Shown here: positions 58,683 to 64,000 of the stretch, in pieces | How the letters are laid out: each line of letters opens with the position of its first letter | How positions within the stretch are numbered: the first letter of the stretch is position 1 | NCBI GenBank assembly: GCA_000004985.1 | Contig: GG738859.1 | Direction: 5' to 3' (one strand) | DNA: 64,000 nucleotides | Source of the DNA: Naegleria gruberi | Lineage: Eukaryota | The notes under the pieces: model-generated | What the model saw: the letters and a program-made list of their open reading frames with translations, nothing else | Database searches by the model: none | Told to the model about the DNA's origin: nothing | Position numbers and translations under genes: made by a program

Positions 58683-59897
58683 TTATTCATCATCAGAAAT
58701 AATGATTGAAGGTTTAAAACGAAGTAAATTGACAGATTCCAATAGGAATGGTTTGTTTTCGAGTTGAGATTGTCTTTCCAATTGAATAACAGCAAAATTA
58801 CCTTCCATTAAGGATCCTATTTCCAAATTAACAACCATTAACAATTTAAAAATAGTGTAATTTGTTAAATATTAAAGATAGATAGTAACACCTTACCTGG
58901 ATTAACAATTGGTAAAGTTCCAACAAGTGATGATCCAGCTCTAAACAAATGAGTATGACCATGAATATGACAAAGACACTTGTTTTGTACTTCATCTTGT
59001 TCAACGAATGCTCTGAGAGTTTCAGATCCTGATGTAATTCCTGGACTGTGAATATTTACCTTTTTGAAGAAGGTAGTATCACATGAGAATGGTCCATTGT
59101 GAGTCATGAAAATGATTTGTTGATTATTGTTGACCTCCTTCATGGATGAAATGATTGATTCCAATTCCTTACCAAATGATTCATCAGATGTGAATGGATA
59201 ACCTTTCCATGCTCCTGAACCTGCAATTTCAGGTGGAGAGACGTGGAATGATGGCACACTTCCTCCGAATCCAGCCAAAACTAATCCATCACATAATTTT
59301 ACAATGGAATTGTGAATAATTGAAACTCCTTCAATTGGACCATTAGAAAATTCATTCTTGAAAAGTGCATCAGGATCGTGCTGTTATTTTTCATTCCAAT
59401 TATTTGTAAATCATTTCATATAATTAATATTCAATTAATATTCGAGTCCATTGAATGGAGTGGATAATGATTATCTCCATTTTGAAATTATCAATAAAAC
59501 ATACATTTCCAGGAATGAGATAAACTTTTGGAGCAAAATTTAACATTTGCTTGGCCATTTCTTCAACATCCTTCAATGATTTCAATTGATATTCCTCACT
59601 TTGATATTGTTCCTTTGTTTTAATATTAACAATATCTCCAGGACAAAGTACAATATCAATCTTTAATTGATTCTTTTCAATAATTTCCTTTACAATACTA
59701 AAATATTGACTATAATTATGTATATCACTCATAATCAAAATATTCAAATGATCCACAACAGATTGTTCCGATTCATCATTCTTTTGTTTTTTACTTTCAC
59801 TTTCCACAATAGTATCCTCTTGTTTTCTCTTGAGTGGATTTTCCGATAGTGTTGATGAAAAAGTTTCTTCGTGATTGCTGGTACTAGGTGAGGACAT
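58683..59897 (-). CDS. calcineurin-like metallophosphoesterase (MPPED/ADPRM-like); exons 59505..59897, 58897..59380 and 58683..58816
   Basis: Motifs DIH, GDIV, IPGN|HD (GNHD split by a 124-nt intron), MTHNGP and HIHGHTH. Phases are consistent. About 336 aa. Confidence 0.75.
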
Positions 59898-60058
59898 TTT
59901 TTATTGTGATTGTTACAATTAACAATTAGCTAAGTAATTCCACTTGCGATAGTGACATCCATCTCAGGTAATATGCTCTTGTTGTGATGACATACAAGTT
60001 CTCTATTCATTAACTCTCCAATTCCGATCAAAAAGTTAAAAAAGATAAGAGGAGTATC

Positions 60059-61099
60059 TTATTGTTCTGAATTTGTTGTAGATTGATTCTTTTTGGTATT
60101 GTCAAACTTAATCTTCTTTCCCATGAATTGGATATCTTTGAGTGGCATCTTTTTCAATTGTTCTCTGTACATTTTTTGTTGTTTTTGAATGGCTTTCTTT
60201 CCTCCCTTCGTCTTGGGATTTGAAAAGTTATTGTTTTTCTTGTTATTCTTATTATTGTGTTTGGATGAATTATTGAGAACTGTATTCATTTGTTGCTTTC
60301 TTTGGTGTTTTTTGGATTGATTGAGTTCTTTGAGAGCTTGTTTGTATTCGTTCATATCTTGGCCCTTAATGACAATTTCTTTCTTTTCTTCTTCTTCTTC
60401 ACTGGATGAATCATCTTCACTACTACTGCTTGAAGATGAGTCAGAATCATCTTCACTGCCACTACTACTGCTTGAAGAATCGTCCACAATCTTTTTAACT
60501 GTCTCCTTCTTTTCCTCAATTTCGTCCACATTCGATTTTGCAATTATTACTTTATCCTCATTCTGCATCGACTGCTCAACTTGTGGTTTGGTGAATTTGA
60601 TAGATTTTGCCTTGCCATTGAATTTCTCTTTAAATTTTTCCAATTTTTGTTGTTCTATCGATCGATTAATGATTGAATTCTTCCAAGAAGGATGAATAGT
60701 ATCAATTGGAACCTGAATATTACTCTTTGTCAATTCGAATGGTGTATGTGAAGGTGTAATGAAAATGATGGATGGTGTTGAATCTTGCATAATGACATCC
60801 TCCTTTTCGACAATTAAATTAGATGGTGTATCATCAACAACTTGCTCTTCCTCTATAACAGGTGTGTCCTCCTTTTCATCGTTTTCGACATTGTCATCTC
60901 CCATGGAGGTCATGAAAAAGTTATCATTTTCTTCCTCTTCTGATTTTTCCGATTTTGGACTTGATATGAAAAAATCATCTTCATCCTGTTGTGCTTGTTG
61001 ATTTTTCTTTTCTTCCTCCTCATCAATAAATTGTATCTTTTCCTCTTCTTCCTCTTCCGATGAATAATCATCTCCCAAACTAGTAATAAATGAACTCAT
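60059..61099 (-). CDS. acidic Ser/Glu-rich protein with basic C-terminus (nucleolar-type composition)
   Basis: 346 aa ORF with poly-E and poly-S tracts and a K-rich C-terminus. Confidence 0.45.
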   Translation of the reverse strand: MSSFITSLGDDYSSEEEEEEKIQFIDEEEEKKNQQAQQDEDDFFISSPKSEKSEEEENDNFFMTSMGDDNVENDEKEDTPVIEEEQVVDDTPSNLIVEKEDVIMQDSTPSIIFITPSHTPFELTKSNIQVPIDTIHPSWKNSIINRSIEQQKLEKFKEKFNGKAKSIKFTKPQVEQSMQNEDKVIIAKSNVDEIEEKKETVKKIVDDSSSSSSGSEDDSDSSSSSSSEDDSSSEEEEEKKEIVIKGQDMNEYKQALKELNQSKKHQRKQQMNTVLNNSSKHNNKNNKKNNNFSNPKTKGGKKAIQKQQKMYREQLKKMPLKDIQFMGKKIKFDNTKKNQSTTNSEQ

Positions 61100-61246
61100 T
61101 TTTTTTGAAGTTTTCTAATTGCAATATTTAATTTTATTTACAAATTTAATATTAATTTAAATAATAATAAATAATCATAATATTGTAGGAATAGATGTAA
61201 AATAAATTATATTTTCCTAGAATTAAATCTTAGATTAATTTTTCTC

Positions 61247-61972
61247 TTATTTAGTTTGAGCATTTGCCTTTTTAGCAGCAATTTTAGCTTGTAATTTTTG
61301 TTTGACATCGTCAGCTGTTGCTTTAACAGCTCTATTGGAGACTCCCATCCTTGATAAGTGAGATTTTGTGTTGCAATGATCGATATAGGCATGTGAATCT
61401 CTAAAATTCCTGTCACATACTTTGCAATAAAAGCCAGCCATCTTGGTTGGATCTACAGATTCTTCCTTTTGTTTTGATTTTACCTTTGTTTTGGAATTTG
61501 GTAATAATTGTTTTCCATCGGAAGTAACATCAACAATACCCTTCTTTCCCACTTGGTTATCAGTTAGCAGTTTACCTTCTCTAGCTTCGAGTGGCTTTCT
61601 TTGAAGTGCCTCCGATCTAGAAATGCTAGGCTTTCTCTTCTCATCCGAATCAAAATTGGCTCCTCTATTCATTCTATCCATTGCTCTTTGTTCATAGGTA
61701 TGATCATCCCATGCTCTTCTTCCGAACATGCCTTTTTTAATTCCATTATTATTATCATCATCACTTGATACTTGATCGGAAACTACATGTTGTTTTGTCC
61801 TATTATTATTAGTATTTTCGTCCACTTCTTCCGAATATTCCTGTTGTTCTTCTTGTTGCTCCAAAATTGTTTGTAAATTATTTTCTCGATCAATTGATTC
61901 TTCCTCCTTCATAATCAAATTATTGTCATGGTGTTGGTGTGATGATTGCTCTTTATCATTTTGTTCAGTCAT
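61247..61972 (-). CDS. ZMAT2: U1/matrin-type C2H2 zinc-finger protein ZMAT2/Snu23-like (tri-snRNP component)
   Basis: RRAWDDHTYEQRA...GFYCKVCDRNFRDSHAYIDHCNTKSHLSRMG matches the Snu23/ZMAT2 zinc finger and its flanks. Confidence 0.7.
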   Translation of the reverse strand: MTEQNDKEQSSHQHHDNNLIMKEEESIDRENNLQTILEQQEEQQEYSEEVDENTNNNRTKQHVVSDQVSSDDDNNNGIKKGMFGRRAWDDHTYEQRAMDRMNRGANFDSDEKRKPSISRSEALQRKPLEAREGKLLTDNQVGKKGIVDVTSDGKQLLPNSKTKVKSKQKEESVDPTKMAGFYCKVCDRNFRDSHAYIDHCNTKSHLSRMGVSNRAVKATADDVKQKLQAKIAAKKANAQTK

Positions 61973-62665
61973 TTTTTTCTGGTTATTAATAAGTCAATTA
62001 AGAAACATGGATTGAGACACCATGCTGTAGATTGAATCTTGTACTACTAAATTGGATTTGATACCAACAAACTTCCAGATATTGAGCTGGGATCGACTGA
62101 AAATCTTCAAAGTCTATGGTCGTCTAGAGCTAGGTTTGATACAGAATGATAAACTTCTGTAAATGTATTTAGCAGGAGTGTATTTTCTTGACTATTCAAT
62201 GTTGTGATTCGAGGAAATAAGTTCATTGAGCCATTTATTGAGGAGTTGTTATTTACTGTCATTTTTCTCTCCAATGGAAAACTAACCATTTCTTAATGTG
62301 AATCAGCAGTATTATCCAACAACTCTGGTTCTATAACTGGACAACTATCATTTGGTTTTCAATAACCTCGAAGCACCAAAAACAGGACTCTGAGAACTAA
62401 GGAAGGTTAATGACATGTCCATCTACAACATACTTCATCGCTTGTACTTGATCATTTTATGATTGTTATTGTCTGTTTTCTTCACATTTTTTCTTGTTCC
62501 AATAACTTTTAATAAGGTTCATTAATGAATCTCACGCCTGAGATTACTTTTACATAATTGAAAAATGCCATCGACCATATTAGTTCACTGTTTAAACTGT
62601 TTTGGAATTTTTGAGATCCATACAGCATCTTAATTGCTTCAAAAAACAAACACAAGAAGAAGAGA

Positions 62666-64000
62666 ATGAAAGCCAAACCCTCCTTAAAATCGCAAAAATC
62701 TCCCAATTCATCATCATTCCCCTTATTAACATTTACCAACACAATTAACAATAGAAATAAGCTTAATAACTTGTTTATTGAAGAGGAGGAATTACAGGAT
62801 ATCACCCCTTCAATGTTAAAAAACAAACCTCCAATCTCGAATGAATACAATGACTCATCTAAATATGATAATACTAGTACTTGTAGTAGTAGTATTAGTA
62901 GTGTAATAACAACAAATTCAACATTGGCCAAAAAACCAACCTCACCCTCATTCGCTAAGAGATTTCTCAATCAATTCTCCCTCCCGAATTTATTATCCAC
63001 CCCAACAAAAACCAATGAAAAATCAATAAGAACACCTCCTCCCAATTTTCCTCGACATTATGCTCACTTTGATTCACCAGATATTGTCGATTCAATGGAA
63101 GTGAGACCTTCATCTGTTAGAGGTTCAAAAGATAACAGAAACCCTCAGCAAAATACCCCTACCATTGCTGGGGATGAGAAGAACTTCTCCACTATCACAC
63201 ACGAAGAGACACTGAAAAGAAAAATCAACAATTCTTCACCACTCTCATCATCAATAATTGATAGCATTGGTATTGGTCAATTAAATTCTGATCGCTCACT
63301 TCTTCCTCTTGAAAGCCAACGAGCCAAGAGTAATAGTCGGACACACGAAATACCAATAAGCAAAAAACAATCATTACAATCATCATTGTCAAATTTGAAG
63401 GAAGCTCTTTTAAAGGTTGATGATTGTTGTGAAAGGGATTGTAATCATAAAACATCATCAAATCACCAAGAAGAAGAAACAAAACAATATCAACCATTAG
63501 ATTCTTCCTATTGTTGGTGTGATAGGTCAAATCTATTAAATTGTAGTTGTGGTAGCACTGGTAGTCATCATCACAACATCAACAATTCAACTAGTATTGA
63601 CAATAATATTATTAATATTAGTAATACTTTAGGAACAACAAATACTACTGCTTTTATTTTCTCTCCGTCAAGAGAAGCATTATTTCATCAATTTAAACAC
63701 TACAATATTAAATCACTCTTGAATACTCCTTCTTCACTAGCATCAAAATCGGTAGATAATTTAATTAATTTAATGACTGAAAGTGAAGCACATTCAAGTA
63801 GTAGTACCACCACAAATAACAATTCAACAAGTGGCAGTACTGCCACTCAACAGCAGCAACAACAGGATAATCAATCATCATCAGTGCTTTTGGAAAATTT
63901 ATGTAGTAGATATAGACGAATAATAGAAGATGTTTGCATTCTTTCATTGAACACTACACAGATAAACGAAATAATACAAACCAAGTTTGGTGAATGTTTA
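62666..64000 (+). CDS. S/T/N-rich protein with small Cys clusters, 3'-truncated by the window edge
   Basis: An open frame from the ATG at about 62666 runs to the window end (1335 nt without a stop in AT-rich DNA). It is absent from the ORF track only because no stop lies in the window. Confidence 0.45.
   Translation, partial: MKAKPSLKSQKSPNSSSFPLLTFTNTINNRNKLNNLFIEEEELQDITPSMLKNKPPISNEYNDSSKYDNTSTCSSSISSVITTNSTLAKKPTSPSFAKRFLNQFSLPNLLSTPTKTNEKSIRTPPPNFPRHYAHFDSPDIVDSMEVRPSSVRGSKDNRNPQQNTPTIAGDEKNFSTITHEETLKRKINNSSPLSSSIIDSIGIGQLNSDRSLLPLESQRAKSNSRTHEIPISKKQSLQSSLSNLKEALLKVDDCCERDCNHKTSSNHQEEETKQYQPLDSSYCWCDRSNLLNCSCGSTGSHHHNINNSTSIDNNIINISNTLGTTNTTAFIFSPSREALFHQFKHYNIKSLLNTPSSLASKSVDNLINLMTESEAHSSSSTTTNNNSTSGSTATQQQQQQDNQSSSVLLENLCSRYRRIIEDVCILSLNTTQINEIIQTKFGECL

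Noticed and set aside
62107-62970. Minus-strand ORFs 62107..62289 and 62509..62970
   Set aside because: They are short, and the second is overlapped by a far longer uninterrupted plus-strand frame that runs to the window edge.
1-64000. Possibility of a prokaryotic defence island (SIR2, HORMA, nucleases and phosphoesterases co-occurring)
   Set aside because: All these genes carry spliceosomal introns or eukaryote-specific architecture (SIRT2-like, Rev7-like HORMA, DNase I with signal peptide) and are scattered among housekeeping eukaryotic genes. No operonic bacterial arrangement exists.
1-64000. CRISPR arrays, rRNA and tRNA genes
   Set aside because: No regularly spaced direct repeats, no rRNA-like conserved blocks and no convincing tRNA cloverleaf or A/B-box pair were seen. 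The only structured RNA-like sequence is the SINE-like insert reported separately.

Overview
This 64 kb window is AT-rich, gene-dense eukaryotic nuclear DNA, with about one gene per 1.8 kb on both strands. Introns are numerous and very short (about 36-145 nt, GT-AG), and start codons usually sit after A-rich runs. Most calls below were made by hand-translating the ORF track and joining exons across phase-consistent splice sites. Confidently identified genes are coatomer alpha, ribosomal protein uL16 (RPL10), a dienelactone hydrolase, an RNase PH-like exosome subunit, a Rev7-like HORMA protein, UTP15, a roughly 1334 aa eukaryotic RNA-dependent RNA polymerase, a 7TM-RGS receptor, a divergent eEF2 paralogue, a secreted DNase I-like nuclease, MTNA/MRI1, PRP17/CDC40, NSUN5, a SIRT2-like sirtuin, an ankyrin-repeat protein, an ANTH-domain clathrin adaptor, ZMAT2/Snu23 and two metallophosphoesterases. 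Several S/T/N-rich lineage-specific proteins are also present. The taxon cannot be fixed from sequence alone. The RdRP, the secreted DNase I, the 7TM-RGS gene and the intron style are compatible with an AT-rich protist or early-diverging fungus, or less likely a nematode. This is not a prokaryotic defence island. The most interesting structures are four. First, a roughly 3.8 kb DNA-transposon-like element (34279..38073) has about 20 bp terminal inverted repeats, subterminal repeat arrays and a CxC-motif, transposase-like 646 aa ORF. Second, a 263 bp GC-rich SINE-like insertion is flanked by a perfect 17 bp direct repeat, ends in a T8 run, and sits 16 bp upstream of the DNase I start codon. Third, an eEF2 paralogue lacks both the G-domain catalytic histidine and the diphthamide histidine, and begins only 17 nt after the stop codon of the 7TM-RGS gene. 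Fourth, the RdRP carries an N-terminal N/Y/R/G-rich prion-like low-complexity domain. No rRNA, tRNA or CRISPR array was found. Coordinates of hand-built exons may be off by 1-2 nt.
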